Positions 9,930-20,140 of a DNA stretch of 64,000 bases are shown piece after piece (the first letter of the stretch is position 1; every line of letters starts with the position of its first letter). A program made the position numbers and the translations under genes. The stretch comes from Candidatus Latescibacterota bacterium (GTDB lineage Bacteria > Latescibacterota > CBDEFO01). The stretch lies in the NCBI GenBank assembly GCA_965237525.1, contig CBDEFO010000008.1, forward strand, positions 1,966,146-2,030,145. The letters run 5' to 3'. Below the pieces are notes generated by a model. It searched no databases. It had not been told where the DNA came from and saw nothing but the letters and a program-made list of their open reading frames with translations.

Positions 9930-11391
9930 TAAGTGGACAGGGTCCCGGTTATCCAAAGATCTGGCATGCAGCGGATATGCCGATCGAGGAGCGCTTGAAG
10001 CTCCACGTCAGAGGGCACTACGAACCCGTGCGACCTCTTGAAGCTGGAGAATATGTCACGATCACTTTTCACTTTGAAGTAGGCGAAGAGAAAATCGCCG
10101 GCGGGGGACGGCTCGGAATCGCTTGGCGTTGGCCCTTTGACTGGGGGGACCTGCAGTCGGAGGATCCGAAGGGAGACGGATATATGGCAGTCTCAACCGC
10201 CGCCTCAGAGGTAGACATAGAAGCGACGTATCATCGTAAGGGCGGCGTTGATCCATGGCCTCACTATATCTCCTTGGAGGTGATTCGCGGGTATCTGGCG
10301 CGCGGCGACCGGGTGTGTCTGGTATGCGGCGATCGAACAGGGGGCAGTCGCGGGTGGCGGGCGCCTACCTTTATGACAAAGTCGGCGGGATTCCTTATGG
10401 TAATAGATCGGGACGGCAGCGGCCGGTGGGTCCGACCGCCAGATCCGCCGAGCTTTCCAGTCGTTTCGGCTCCCCCCGTGCGGCTGGTGGTCATCTGTCC
10501 CTCACACGCTGTCGTAGGAGAGGCTGTGGACGTCCTCGTCCGCGGCCTTGACCGCTGGGGAAATCCCACGTCTGTCTCCAAGGGCATACCACAGCTTAGC
10601 GCACAACAGCAGACCAGGTCAGATGAGAATGTAGTTTCAGTCCTGGGCGATGCGGCTGTCTCTTGCGACCCAGCAGTGTATCGGTTCAGGGTGCAGTTTA
10701 ATAGGGCGGGCAGATACAGGCTTTTCGCTTCTGTGCCTGATACGGACCTGAGCGCGGAGAGTAATCCAGTTTGGGTGTACGCCCAACGACCATCACTTCG
10801 GCTCTTCTGGGGCGATCTCCATTCGGGACAGGCAGAGATCGGGTGCGGCGCAGGAACGCTGGTGGAGCACTACACATACGCCCGCGATGTGGCTGGATTG
10901 CAATTTGTCACACATCAAGCCAACGACCACTACGTAACCCGCGACGACTGGCAGCGCGTACGCAAGGAGGCAACAGCGTTTAACGAGCCCGGACGGTTCG
11001 TAACCTTCTTGGGGTGCGAGTGGAGTCCGCCGACTGAGAACGGAGGCGACCGCAACGTCATCTATCGGCGCGACGAACCAAAATTGAGGCGGTCGGGCCG
11101 CTACTTTAGGGAATCAGACCCAGATCCAGAGCCGGATATACCCACCGCCCCGGTTTCCACAAAGCCTTTGTGGGAGAAGACGTGCTCATCAACCTTCACG
11201 TGGGGGGTAGGCCCACCAATTTAGACTACTACGCCCCCGAAATCGAACGCTTGGCGGAGATCCACTCCACGCACGGCACATCGGAGTGGTTCGTGGTGGA
11301 TGCGCTGGGGCGCGGGTACAAGGTGGGGATCACAGCGGGGACCGACGGGGTGATGACTCGACCGGGAGCGTGCCATCCGGGATGGGGATAA
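9920..11391 (+). pseudogene. DUF3604/PHP-fold metallohydrolase, frameshifted and 3'-truncated
   Basis: LFWGDLH, YARDVAGL, FNEPGRFVTFLGCEWS, GGDRNVIY; frameshift near 11150 continues as HVGGR, EIHSTHG, GITAGTD. Confidence 0.8.
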
Positions 11392-11540
11392 TGACTTGGC
11401 TGTTGCCAATGTGTCCACTAATAACGTATCAGTGTTGTTCAATAACGGAGGTGGGACATTTGCAACTAAAGTGGACTACGACGTGGCGGTTGCTCCCCAC
11501 TCAGTATTCAGCACAGACTTAGATGGAGATGGGAACACCA
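11379..11540 (+). pseudogene. Orphan FG-GAP repeat fragment fused to the DUF3604 remnant
   Basis: Reads DGDNDLAVANVSTNNVSVLFNNGGGTFATKVDYDV...SVFSTDLDGDG; DNA similar to 23797-23950. Confidence 0.8.
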
Positions 11541-11559
11541 TTTGATCCCCACAACCTTT

Positions 11560-11816
11560 CTAGCCCTAATAATTAACAAAAAAAGGCCGTATATTAATTA
11601 AGGCATTGTACTATATTATAGTTATGCCGTTTAACCACCTTCGGTGTCATTGCGAGCCGGAGGCGAAGCAATCTCCATTCTGTGGTAGATGTAATTGTCT
11701 CCGGCTCTCATAGGAGATCACTATAAAACCTTGAGATTGCTTCCCCGATAGACTCAATCGGGGACCGCTTTGCTCCTCGCAATGACTCCACCAAGTTTAT
11801 GAATTAATTGGGTTAG
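11560..11816. mobile_element. Putative MITE with internal GTCATTGCGAG...GAAGCAATCTC / GAGATTGCTTC...CTCGCAATGAC inverted repeat
   Basis: Imperfect ends ctagccctaataattaacaaa / tttatgaattaattgggttag; right end recurs at 21323-21372. Confidence 0.55.
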
Positions 11817-11882
11817 GGGTATGCCCGACGCTGTGAGCGGGTCTTTCGTAAGGTTTCGGGACCATTCGGAGTCCGGATGCCC

Positions 11883-12725
11883 CTAAGGCGCTTCGACTTC
11901 TCCACTGTAGAGTCTATCGGCCACAACCCAATCTTCACAGTCGTCTTGGCACAGGACAAAGACTTCCTCAAGCTGAGACAGATTCACACTTGGAACTATT
12001 TCGACTTTTCTAAAGAGGCCGCTCTTTCCGTCTCCAAGCTTGTTCACAACACCCAATCTCAAGCCCTTTGGGAACACACCTCCCATTCCTGACGATACGA
12101 CCACATCCCCTTTTTTAATATTACTCTTTAGAGGGACGTCAATGCGAAACGATTCTGTGCCTTCGGACTCCAGAAATCCGAAGATTCTCTCATCGTTCTG
12201 GACAACAGTGCTTACCACGCAATTCCTGTCAGATAAAAGCTGAACAACAGATGTTTTGGAATTGACGCCGAAGACCTTTCCTGCCAGCCCGCCTAAAGCC
12301 ACGACCGGCATCTTTTCCCTTACTCCGTCATCGCTTCCGACATTGATTAAGATCGAGGTTACTATTCTGCTTCCCGATTTTGCGATGACCTCAGCGGGGA
12401 GATACCGAAAGCCGGGCCTCTGCTTAAAGCCCATCTGCCTTCGGAGCCTTTTATTTTCCAGTTCGGCTTCCCTGAGCCGCCAGGACTTAATTGACAGCTC
12501 CAGGTTCCAATCTCTCAGGAACTTGTTTTCTCTGGAAAGATCCGCCATCCTGGTAGCCCACGAAAACATTCTATTGCCAGAGCCGAGAACAGTTGTGGTC
12601 ACCTCCCTGGCAAGATTTGCTCCTTTTCCACTATCCAATACCATCAGGATCAACGACAGTGCAACTGCTGCTGCTAAGGCTATGTAGTTTTTGTTCAACG
12701 ATAGGAATTCTGATAGGTTTAGCAT
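11883..12725 (-). CDS. mreC: Rod shape-determining protein MreC
   Basis: ENKRLR, PAEVIAK, INVGSDDGV, TSVVQLLSD, SSGMGGVFPKGL; directly downstream of mreB. Confidence 0.95.
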   Translation of the reverse strand: MLNLSEFLSLNKNYIALAAAVALSLILMVLDSGKGANLAREVTTTVLGSGNRMFSWATRMADLSRENKFLRDWNLELSIKSWRLREAELENKRLRRQMGFKQRPGFRYLPAEVIAKSGSRIVTSILINVGSDDGVREKMPVVALGGLAGKVFGVNSKTSVVQLLSDRNCVVSTVVQNDERIFGFLESEGTESFRIDVPLKSNIKKGDVVVSSGMGGVFPKGLRLGVVNKLGDGKSGLFRKVEIVPSVNLSQLEEVFVLCQDDCEDWVVADRLYSGEVEAP

Positions 12726-12793
12726 ACAATCCTTCTGGAAGGCCAAGGTACAGGCCAGGTCACCATATCTTAGCCTCAATCATCATCTTGCAT

Positions 12794-13813
12794 TTAAAAG
12801 AGTATATCCTGGTATGCGTTGATATTTTCGAGCACCTTTCCAGTCCCTCTGACGACGCATGTGAGCGGGTCTTCCGCCACCATCACCGGAAGCTTTGTCT
12901 CCTCAATAAGTCGATCGGCTAGTCCCTTCAGAAGGGATCCTCCTCCCACCATATTGATCCCTCGATCGAGTATATCCGATGCCAATTCGGGAGGAGTCCT
13001 CTCCAGGGCTTGAAGCACAGCGTTCACTATATTGTTTGTGGTATCGCTTAGGGCTTCTCTCATCTCCTCGGAATGAACCGTGATAATTTTGGGGATTCCG
13101 CCCACCAGATCACGGCCCTTTACCGTAGCCTCGATCTCATCGTTCGTAGGATATGCCGATCCGATCAGGCACTTTATATTCTCCGCCGTTCTGGGTCCTA
13201 TGTAGACGTTGTAATTTTTTCTGAGATACTGTATTATATCCTCATCCATCTCGTCCCCGGCGATCTTTATGGAGGAATTCATCACGATGCCCGATAGGGC
13301 CATGACAGCTATCTCGGTGGTTCCACCTCCTATGTCTATGACCATCGAACCTACCGCCTGCTCGACGGGGAGACCCATGCCGATAGCCGCCGATATCGGT
13401 TCTGTTATGAGATAGACCTCTCTTGCTCCTACGCGTTCGGCGGAATCTCTGACGGCTCTCTTCTCCACCTCCGTTATGCCCGATGGAACGCAGATGACTA
13501 TCTTTGGACGCACCAGGAACCTGTTTTTCTGAACTTTCCGTATAAACGCGCGCAGCAGCAGCTCTGTCACTTCAAAGTCCGCCACTACGCCGTCTTTTAA
13601 TGGACGTATCGCTTCTATTCTTTCGGGCGTACGGCCCTCCATCTCCTTTGCCTCCGAGCCGATAGCCACCAGTTTTCTGGTACTCGTTTCCAGGGCCGCT
13701 ACCGAAGGCTCATCCACAACTATCCCCTTGCCTTTGACATAGATCAAGGTGTTTGCAGTTCCCAGATCTATGCCTATGTCGTTGAAAATCAGGTTTGACA
13801 GTGAAAATCGCAT
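12794..13813 (-). CDS. mreB: Rod shape-determining protein MreB
   Basis: DIGIDLGTANT, IRPLKDGV, ITEVEKRAV, DIGGGTTEIA, LERTPPEL. Confidence 0.98.
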   Translation of the reverse strand: MRFSLSNLIFNDIGIDLGTANTLIYVKGKGIVVDEPSVAALETSTRKLVAIGSEAKEMEGRTPERIEAIRPLKDGVVADFEVTELLLRAFIRKVQKNRFLVRPKIVICVPSGITEVEKRAVRDSAERVGAREVYLITEPISAAIGMGLPVEQAVGSMVIDIGGGTTEIAVMALSGIVMNSSIKIAGDEMDEDIIQYLRKNYNVYIGPRTAENIKCLIGSAYPTNDEIEATVKGRDLVGGIPKIITVHSEEMREALSDTTNNIVNAVLQALERTPPELASDILDRGINMVGGGSLLKGLADRLIEETKLPVMVAEDPLTCVVRGTGKVLENINAYQDILF

Positions 13814-13831
13814 TGTTTTTCCTCTTCTTTG

Positions 13832-13882
13832 TCCCCGATCCCCGCTCCCCGATTGAATCTATCGGGGAGCGGGGATCGGGGA
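13832..13882. repeat. Perfect 22-bp-arm hairpin (CCCCGATTGAATCTATCGGGG core) immediately after the purH stop
   Basis: tccccgatccccgctccccgat-tgaatct-atcggggagcggggatcgggga. Confidence 0.85.
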
Positions 13883-15526
13883 TCAATGTAAAAAGTGCCT
13901 TGTCCCTGTAAAGACCATAGATACTCCCGCTTGTTCGCAGGCCTGGATGCACTCCTTGTCGTGGATAGAGCCTCCGGGCTGTACGATGTATCGGATGCCC
14001 TCTTTGGAGGCATACTCGACCGTATCCGGAAAGAAGAAGGAGTCTGATGCCATTACTGTCTCTTTCATCTTATCCTCTATGTAATCTTCTATGTAATTTT
14101 CCAGGTTACCCGTTTTAGCCTCTTCCTCAAAGCGCGCCCGGAGATTCTCCTGTGCTTTTGTGGCCGCTAACTTTCTGAAAGAGTCAACGCGGTTGGGCTG
14201 TCCTGCCCCCATTCCGAGCACCTGAAAGCCACCGGGTCTGTATTCCTCGCATATGACCATAGCGTTCGATTTGGTGTGCTTGACAGCCTTCAGGGCAAAG
14301 AGAGCCAACTCCTTCTTCTCTTCGGGAAAACCCTCCTCCGTGACGCATACAAACTTCTGGAAGAGTTCCACATCCGACCCCTGTTCTAATATCCCGCCAG
14401 TTATGTGTCTGTACGATTTGGGGCAAGGTTGGGCATCAGAAAGGGACGGGATATTCAGTAAAATCAGATTCTTCCTTCTGGATTTCAGAAGTTTCAGTGC
14501 TTCATCTTCATATCCCGGAGCGGCGATGATGTCTATGAATCTGCCCGCAAGGAACTCCGCTGTGTCCAGATCCATAGCGCGGCTTACAGCTAAAATAGAA
14601 CCGGCAGACAGGCTCATCCTATCTCCGTTCCAGGCGGCCTCCACAGCTTCTCTGAGAGCCTCTCCCGTTGCGTAACCGCAGGGATTTGTATGCTTGACGA
14701 AGGCGGCAGCTGGCTTATGCTTGAGTTCCTTTAGAGCCTCAAGCGCAGCGTCGGCGTCCATATAGTTGTTGTAGGACATCTCCTTGCCGTGCAGTTGGAC
14801 TGCGTGGGCTATAGACGATTCCTCTGTAGTGTCATCTCTATAAAACGTTGCGCTTTGATGCCAGTTCTCTCCGTATCTTAATTGAACGCCTCCCGTGTAT
14901 TTTAGCCTCAGGATCTTTTCTCCCCCAAGCTTTTCGCTCAGGTATCCCTCCACAGCAGCGTCGTAGTCGGCTGTGGTTCTGAAGGCCTTAACAGAGAGCA
15001 TCTCTCTTGTGGAGTCGGAAAGTTCTCGTGTAGTCTTTAGTTCATCGAGTATAGCGCCATAGTCCTCAGCATCTGTGAGGACGCCCACGTGCCGGTAGTT
15101 CTTTGCCGCGCTCCGGATTAAGGTCGGCCCTCCGATGTCTATGTTCTCTATCGCATCCTCCAGAGATGCCTCAGGCCTTAAGATAGTTTCCTCAAAGGGA
15201 TACAGATTTACGACCACAAGGTCTATCATACCTATCCCCTGTTCCTCAGCTTCCCTCATATCCTGTGGATTATCCCGACGCGCTAAGATTCCGCCGTGCA
15301 CCTTCGGATGTAGAGTCTTGACTCTTCCGTCCATCATCTCAGGAAAGCCGGTCACGTGCGAGACAGATATGGCTTTGATCCCCGACTCCTCTAACAGTTT
15401 TGCTGTCCCTCCGGTGGAGACGATTTCAATTCCCAATTCGGAAAGGCCCCTTGCCAGTTCCACGATGCCCGTCTTATCGGATACGCTGATCAATGCGCGT
15501 GTTATATTTGTAAACGTTTCCTCCAA
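13883..15526 (-). CDS. purH: Bifunctional AICAR transformylase/IMP cyclohydrolase
   Basis: RALISVSDKTGI, GRVKTLHPKVHGGIL, IDIGGP, LRYGEN, KHTNPCG, KSNA, FTGTRHFLH. Confidence 0.97.
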   Translation of the reverse strand: MEETFTNITRALISVSDKTGIVELARGLSELGIEIVSTGGTAKLLEESGIKAISVSHVTGFPEMMDGRVKTLHPKVHGGILARRDNPQDMREAEEQGIGMIDLVVVNLYPFEETILRPEASLEDAIENIDIGGPTLIRSAAKNYRHVGVLTDAEDYGAILDELKTTRELSDSTREMLSVKAFRTTADYDAAVEGYLSEKLGGEKILRLKYTGGVQLRYGENWHQSATFYRDDTTEESSIAHAVQLHGKEMSYNNYMDADAALEALKELKHKPAAAFVKHTNPCGYATGEALREAVEAAWNGDRMSLSAGSILAVSRAMDLDTAEFLAGRFIDIIAAPGYEDEALKLLKSRRKNLILLNIPSLSDAQPCPKSYRHITGGILEQGSDVELFQKFVCVTEEGFPEEKKELALFALKAVKHTKSNAMVICEEYRPGGFQVLGMGAGQPNRVDSFRKLAATKAQENLRARFEEEAKTGNLENYIEDYIEDKMKETVMASDSFFFPDTVEYASKEGIRYIVQPGGSIHDKECIQACEQAGVSMVFTGTRHFLH

Positions 15527-15583
15527 TCAGATTTCGTAGAAAATCTAGTCGTCAAAAGCCAGCAATAACCCAGGAATAATAGT

Positions 15584-15634
15584 GTAGGGGCTGCGTTAGG
15601 CAGCCCTTGGGGCGAGTGGACCTCGGGCCCCTAC
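15584..15634. repeat. GTAG-type REP-like element
   Basis: gtaggggctgcgttaggcagccc...gcccctac; close match at 59184-59232. Confidence 0.75.
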
Positions 15635-15781
15635 GAATACAGAACTACATATGTACCTGACCCCTTCAGGGCTATTTTGACACCGCTTTCTGACCACTTT
15701 GAAGGTGGTAATTTCCACTTGACTTCGACCTTCTGAAATATGCTGTTATACGTCGTTTGGATACCCTACAACCGGATTAGC

Positions 15782-16648
15782 TTAATCAGCTGCCTTTGCC
15801 TTATAGAACTCGTGCAGACTGCGTAGGCTCTTAAACAAAAGCACATTGAATATCACATACAGCGTTTCCCAGATAGTTGTACCGAATTCCCCTATAGCTT
15901 CTGCCCACTCAGGGGTCTGCAGAATACTTGCCTCCAGTCCCATCGTAAATATTGAAAACGGACCTATTGAAAAGTCAGTGGGGAATGGCAGGCCTAAGAG
16001 TATTGCGACCAACCAAGTGAATAAGGCAAAAGGTATAGTAACTACAAGAAAAAATAATAATCCAAAGCCGAGTTCATTAAAAAAGATATTAGAGGTTTTA
16101 TCCTTTGATAGAACCGCACTGCGTGAAAGCGCCTCCCTCCCACTGATGCCTTCAACAATAACAACATAAGGAGCCAAGACATACCGCGCAGCCCATATAA
16201 TCCCCGGAATTATCAGGAGAATTAGACCGCCCAAGCAGATGAGAAAATATAGAATGGATGTCCAGATGAATTGCCCAAGGAGTCTCAAGGGTAGAGAATA
16301 GCTTTCCCCGATACCTATAGCCTCCCCCTCGGAAGCCTTGTTGGCAACCTTAATGAAGGCTATGTATGTGACGATCGTGACTATTGCTGTGATCACGACA
16401 CCCACGACATCTAACACTCCTTCTGGGGTAAAGCCAGAACCCCATGACACGAGTGTATAGATAGCACCGAGAAGCAGGAACGTCTTCCAAGCTACTCCAA
16501 AAGTTCGCCAACTGTTGGAGAAGAACCCCCATAAGCCCATATATGTCAAGGACCTATAGAGTGGCTTCGCTTGTATAGTGAAATTGTGTCCGCAGTCACA
16601 ATTGACCGCGTCGTCAGGATTGTTCAAACCACAGGCTGGACATTTCAT
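15782..16648 (-). CDS. Zinc-ribbon plus multi-pass membrane protein
   Basis: N-terminal CPACG...CDCG; several hydrophobic helices; LLIIPGIIW...EGISGREALSRS pattern of DUF7544/GPDPase-membrane-like proteins. Confidence 0.7.
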   Translation of the reverse strand: MKCPACGLNNPDDAVNCDCGHNFTIQAKPLYRSLTYMGLWGFFSNSWRTFGVAWKTFLLLGAIYTLVSWGSGFTPEGVLDVVGVVITAIVTIVTYIAFIKVANKASEGEAIGIGESYSLPLRLLGQFIWTSILYFLICLGGLILLIIPGIIWAARYVLAPYVVIVEGISGREALSRSAVLSKDKTSNIFFNELGFGLLFFLVVTIPFALFTWLVAILLGLPFPTDFSIGPFSIFTMGLEASILQTPEWAEAIGEFGTTIWETLYVIFNVLLFKSLRSLHEFYKAKAAD

Positions 16649-16833
16649 GGCTATGCCTCAATGTGTGGTGGTGAGCAGTCCTTATGATCTCTTTACGATA
16701 CGAACTTACCAGTAAGCATACAATCACCATAGCACAGAGTCCAATTCATGACCAAACTGCTGTGTGAAGGATTCAACACAAACCTTAGTACAGCCGACAA
16801 GTTTTGTCCAGCTACTTAAATCTTTCTTATTTG

Positions 16834-17724
16834 CTACGTATATTCCTGACCCACTAGCTGCTCGTAGGCTTCTTTGTACTTTTCCAGAGTCCTCTGGACA
16901 ATATCCTCCGGAAGTTCGGGCGCAGGTGGCGTCTTGTCCCAATCGAGCGTGTCCAGATAGTCTCTCACAAATTGCTTGTCGAAGCTGTCCTGCGGGCCTC
17001 CGGGACGGTACTTGTCCTTTGGCCAGAATCTGGACGAATCGGGAGAGAGTATCTCGTCTATAAGGATCGTCTCTCCGTCACTTATACCGAACTCAAACTT
17101 GGTGTCAGCTATGATTATGCCCTTTTCCTGTGCGTAATCGTGCGCTTTCTTATATATCGCTATGGTCAAATCTCTCAACTTTTCAAGGACTTCCATCTCT
17201 ACTATCTCCGCTGCTTCCTCAAACGAGATGTTCTCATCGTGTCCGGAATCGGCCTTAGTCGCCGGCGTAAAGATGATCTGCGGCAGCCTGTCCGATTCTC
17301 GTAAGCCCTCGGGGAGCCTTATGCCGCAGACAGATCCCGAGGATTTATATTCCCTCCATCCTGAGCCAGAAAGATAACCCCTTGCCACGCATTCCAGATC
17401 GAGGCGATCTGCCTTTTTAACAAGCATCGACCTTCCATCCAAAACTTCTCGGAACCCCTGAAGTTCCGGAGGATAGTCGTCCACTTCAGAGGCTACAAGG
17501 TGATTTCCGACTATATCCTGCATCATATCGAACCAGAAGATGGACATAGCTGTAAGGATTTTGCCCTTACCGGGGATGCCGTTGGGCATAATACAATCGT
17601 AGGCAGAGATTCTGTCTGTGGCTACGATAAGAAGCTTATCGTCCAGATCATATACGTCTCTGACTTTGCCCCTTGTGAAGAGGTTCAGCCCGTTCAAGTC
17701 TGTCTTTATTAGGGCGTCATCCAT
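16834..17724 (-). CDS. purC: SAICAR synthetase
   Basis: [66 protein letters not shown]. Confidence 0.98.
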   Translation of the reverse strand: MDDALIKTDLNGLNLFTRGKVRDVYDLDDKLLIVATDRISAYDCIMPNGIPGKGKILTAMSIFWFDMMQDIVGNHLVASEVDDYPPELQGFREVLDGRSMLVKKADRLDLECVARGYLSGSGWREYKSSGSVCGIRLPEGLRESDRLPQIIFTPATKADSGHDENISFEEAAEIVEMEVLEKLRDLTIAIYKKAHDYAQEKGIIIADTKFEFGISDGETILIDEILSPDSSRFWPKDKYRPGGPQDSFDKQFVRDYLDTLDWDKTPPAPELPEDIVQRTLEKYKEAYEQLVGQEYT

Positions 17725-17815
17725 TGTTCCGCGCTTTGGAGTTTTGCAATCATTTAGGTAGTGAATTCGTATGAATCGCATCTATTTAGAGATGTTAGAG
17801 ATGGTGGAACTAACT

Positions 17816-17844
17816 AATATATAGAGCATAAGGCTCTATGTCAA
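17816..17844 (-). promoter_or_regulatory. Sigma70-like promoter for purC with a palindrome in the spacer
   Basis: Minus strand TTGACA-N17-TATATT; spacer contains ATAGAGC-N5-GCTCTAT. Confidence 0.6.
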
Positions 17845-17897
17845 GTATTTTTGACTCTATCTTCCACTAAAATCACAAATTAGCGGAATTTTGGGGC

Positions 17898-17926
17898 TTG
17901 ACTTTCACAAAATATGGCTCTATCTT
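17898..17926 (+). promoter_or_regulatory. Sigma70-like promoter for the DUF374 gene
   Basis: TTGACT-N17-TATCTT; identical hexamers at 60224-60252. Confidence 0.55.
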
Positions 17927-17971
17927 TAGCTTTGATTACAGGCTGACGCCGCTTTGCACTTCAGGAAGAAC

Positions 17972-18613
17972 ATGAGTCTAATCTCTTTAAAGGCGCAAAT
18001 TATAAGACTACTCCTCCTTTTGATCGGAAGGACGCTCAGGATCCGAACTTTGGGGGACGAACACTATAAGAAGGTCTCAGAAAACGGCAGGGGATTCATC
18101 TTCGCCGTATGGCACGGCAGGATGCTGCTGCCTATATACAGGCACAGAAGGATGGGAATAATCACTATGGCGAGCCTGCACAGCGACGGGGAGATGATAG
18201 CAAGGGTTCTGGGCAGCATCGGATATGAGACGGTCCGAGGTTCCACAACCCGGGGAGGAAAGAAGGCTATGAGCCAGATGTTGAGAAGGGCACAAAAGGG
18301 CGGCGTATTCGCCCTGACGCCCGACGGCCCCAGAGGTCCGAGGGAAACTGTCCAGCCCGGGGTCGTATTTCTATCGCAGATGTCAGGGTTGCCTATACTG
18401 CCGGTCACAGGGAGCGCCAGAAGGTGCAAGAGGTTCAACAGTTGGGACAGATTTCTGCTGCCTTTTCCGTTCTCCCAAAGTCTGATAGTCTATGGTGAGC
18501 CGCTCTTTGCTGACAGGGAGGAAGATCTTTCGACAGAGCTTGAAAGGAGATTGAAAAGTATAACCTGTCAGGCTGATAAGCTCTGCGGAATTGAGACAGT
18601 AGAAAGGATGTAG
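17972..18613 (+). CDS. DUF374 lysophospholipid acyltransferase family protein
   Basis: IFAVWHGR, SLHSDGE, VRGSTTRGG, TPDGPRGP, FNSWDRF. Confidence 0.9.
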   Translation: MSLISLKAQIIRLLLLLIGRTLRIRTLGDEHYKKVSENGRGFIFAVWHGRMLLPIYRHRRMGIITMASLHSDGEMIARVLGSIGYETVRGSTTRGGKKAMSQMLRRAQKGGVFALTPDGPRGPRETVQPGVVFLSQMSGLPILPVTGSARRCKRFNSWDRFLLPFPFSQSLIVYGEPLFADREEDLSTELERRLKSITCQADKLCGIETVERM

Positions 18614-18659
18614 CTGCAAGGTTCCCTCACCCAGGGCAGACACACGGGTCTGCCCCTAC
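18610..18659. repeat. GTAG-type REP-like element overlapping the stop codon
   Basis: gtag...gggcagacacacgggtctgcccctac. Confidence 0.65.
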
Positions 18660-18682
18660 ACTATCTATTTGGAGGCAGGCAT

Positions 18683-19393
18683 TTGGTGACAGGTATTGCC
18701 ATCATACTATCCTTTATCTTACTTGTCCTGGCGCTTCTTATCCTGCTTCCTCTGCGGATTCGGCTGGACGCCTTGAGCCTGCATGAGGAGAAAAATGTCT
18801 TCATATACTTGGGCGCATGGTATGGCCTTTCAGGTTTAGGAATTTCACTTTTGGGTGACGGCGTCAGGTTCTACATTATGCTCTCAGGGAAGAGATTGTA
18901 CCAGTTCCGTCCCAGGAAAAAGAGAAGGGTGAAGGAACCTAAAGATGTCGAACCTGAAAGGGAGCGTCCTAAAGAGGAGCGTCCTAGGCCTGTTGAGAGA
19001 TTGAAAAAAATATACGGATATTTACGCAGATTCAAGGCTCCTGTCCTGCGCTTCCTCAGATCAGCTTTGAGGAGTCTGAACTTAACGAGGATAGACTGCA
19101 ATCTGGAGTATGGAGCGGATGACCCTGCTTTCACAGGCAAGGCGTTCGGCATCTACCACTCCATTTGCCCGCTTTTAGGTGCGAAAATAAATGTGAAGGT
19201 TATGCCTAATTTCACTGAGGCCGTCCTCCGCGGGGATATATCGGTCCTTCTGGACCTGAAGCTCTATGTGCTCATAATCGCCTCTCTGCGACTTGGGATA
19301 TCTGTTGGATATGCATGGCTCAAGGATTGGCTGGCGGCTGGACTTCCCCGTAAAATGTGGAGATACAAGGATTTATCTCTGTCGGAAGGCTAA
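18683..19393 (+). CDS. DUF2953 domain membrane protein
   Basis: N-terminal TM; YGADDPAFTG...VMPNF motif; adjacent to ytfJ as usual. Confidence 0.8.
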   Translation: MVTGIAIILSFILLVLALLILLPLRIRLDALSLHEEKNVFIYLGAWYGLSGLGISLLGDGVRFYIMLSGKRLYQFRPRKKRRVKEPKDVEPERERPKEERPRPVERLKKIYGYLRRFKAPVLRFLRSALRSLNLTRIDCNLEYGADDPAFTGKAFGIYHSICPLLGAKINVKVMPNFTEAVLRGDISVLLDLKLYVLIIASLRLGISVGYAWLKDWLAAGLPRKMWRYKDLSLSEG

Positions 19394-19412
19394 CTTTATC
19401 AAGGAGAAACCT

Positions 19413-19823
19413 ATGTCTGTCGAGGACCTTGTTAAGACGTTGATGGATGAACTGAAGCAGATTGTCAAGACCGAGACGGTTGTAGGGGAGGCGATTGAGG
19501 CGGGGGATTCGGTCATAATCCCGGTGTCTAAGATATCGTTCGGCTTCGGCGCGGGAGGAGGGGGAGGGGAGTCGGGGGATGAGAAGGGGAAGGGCGGCGG
19601 TGCAGGGGGCGGAGCGTCCGTCGAACCGGTGGCCTTCGTGGTGATAACTGAGGGCAAAGTTCAGGTGATGTCCGTAAAGAAGGAGCTGACCTTCTCCAAG
19701 ATCGTGGAACTGGTCCCCGAACTGGTCGGAAAGTTGAGGGACATCAAGGACATAGTGGAAAGGAGGAGAGAAAAAAAGGAGGATAGCTCTAAAGATCAGG
19801 AGGAGTCAGACGAAGAGTCATAG
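19413..19823 (+). CDS. ytfJ: GerW/YtfJ family protein
   Basis: TVVGEAI, IIPVSKISFGFGAGGG, GGGAGGGASVEPVAFVV; RBS AAGGAG. Confidence 0.9.
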   Translation: MSVEDLVKTLMDELKQIVKTETVVGEAIEAGDSVIIPVSKISFGFGAGGGGGESGDEKGKGGGAGGGASVEPVAFVVITEGKVQVMSVKKELTFSKIVELVPELVGKLRDIKDIVERRREKKEDSSKDQEESDEES

Positions 19824-19964
19824 GGGATTCTTAACCGTATTGGCGTAATACCGTAATGGCGGACAAATATGCGTCATCCACCCCGTGACAGAATGAATAT
19901 GTAATCTGATGGGAGTATGAAACTTGAATCTCATTGTGCGAAGGTGAGATCTAAGGTAATATAT

Positions 19965-20087
19965 ATGTCTCGAGATGCCCTTGCTTTTTTCGTGTCCCCC
20001 AACGGAAACGATGACTGGTCAGGGAAGTTACCAGAGTCGAATGCCGGCCAGACCGACGGCCCCTTTCTGACACTGCAACGCGCCTGA
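19965..20087 (+). pseudogene. 5' fragment of a right-handed beta-helix protein
   Basis: MSRDALAFFVSPNGNDDWSGKLPESNAGQTDGPFLTLQRA* is the typical N-terminal motif of pectate-lyase-fold proteins. Confidence 0.7.
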
Positions 20088-20140
20088 AGGAAATCCTCGA
20101 ACAAGCCCTGGCCGCGGCCTAGACAAAAAAGGAGAACCCC

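Noticed and set aside
15700..15782. attC site after the zinc-ribbon membrane gene
   Set aside because: GTATAAC-like motif only; no complementary R' or stem found
19413..19823. Evidence of sporulation from ytfJ/gerW
   Set aside because: The family is widespread in non-sporulating bacteria and archaea
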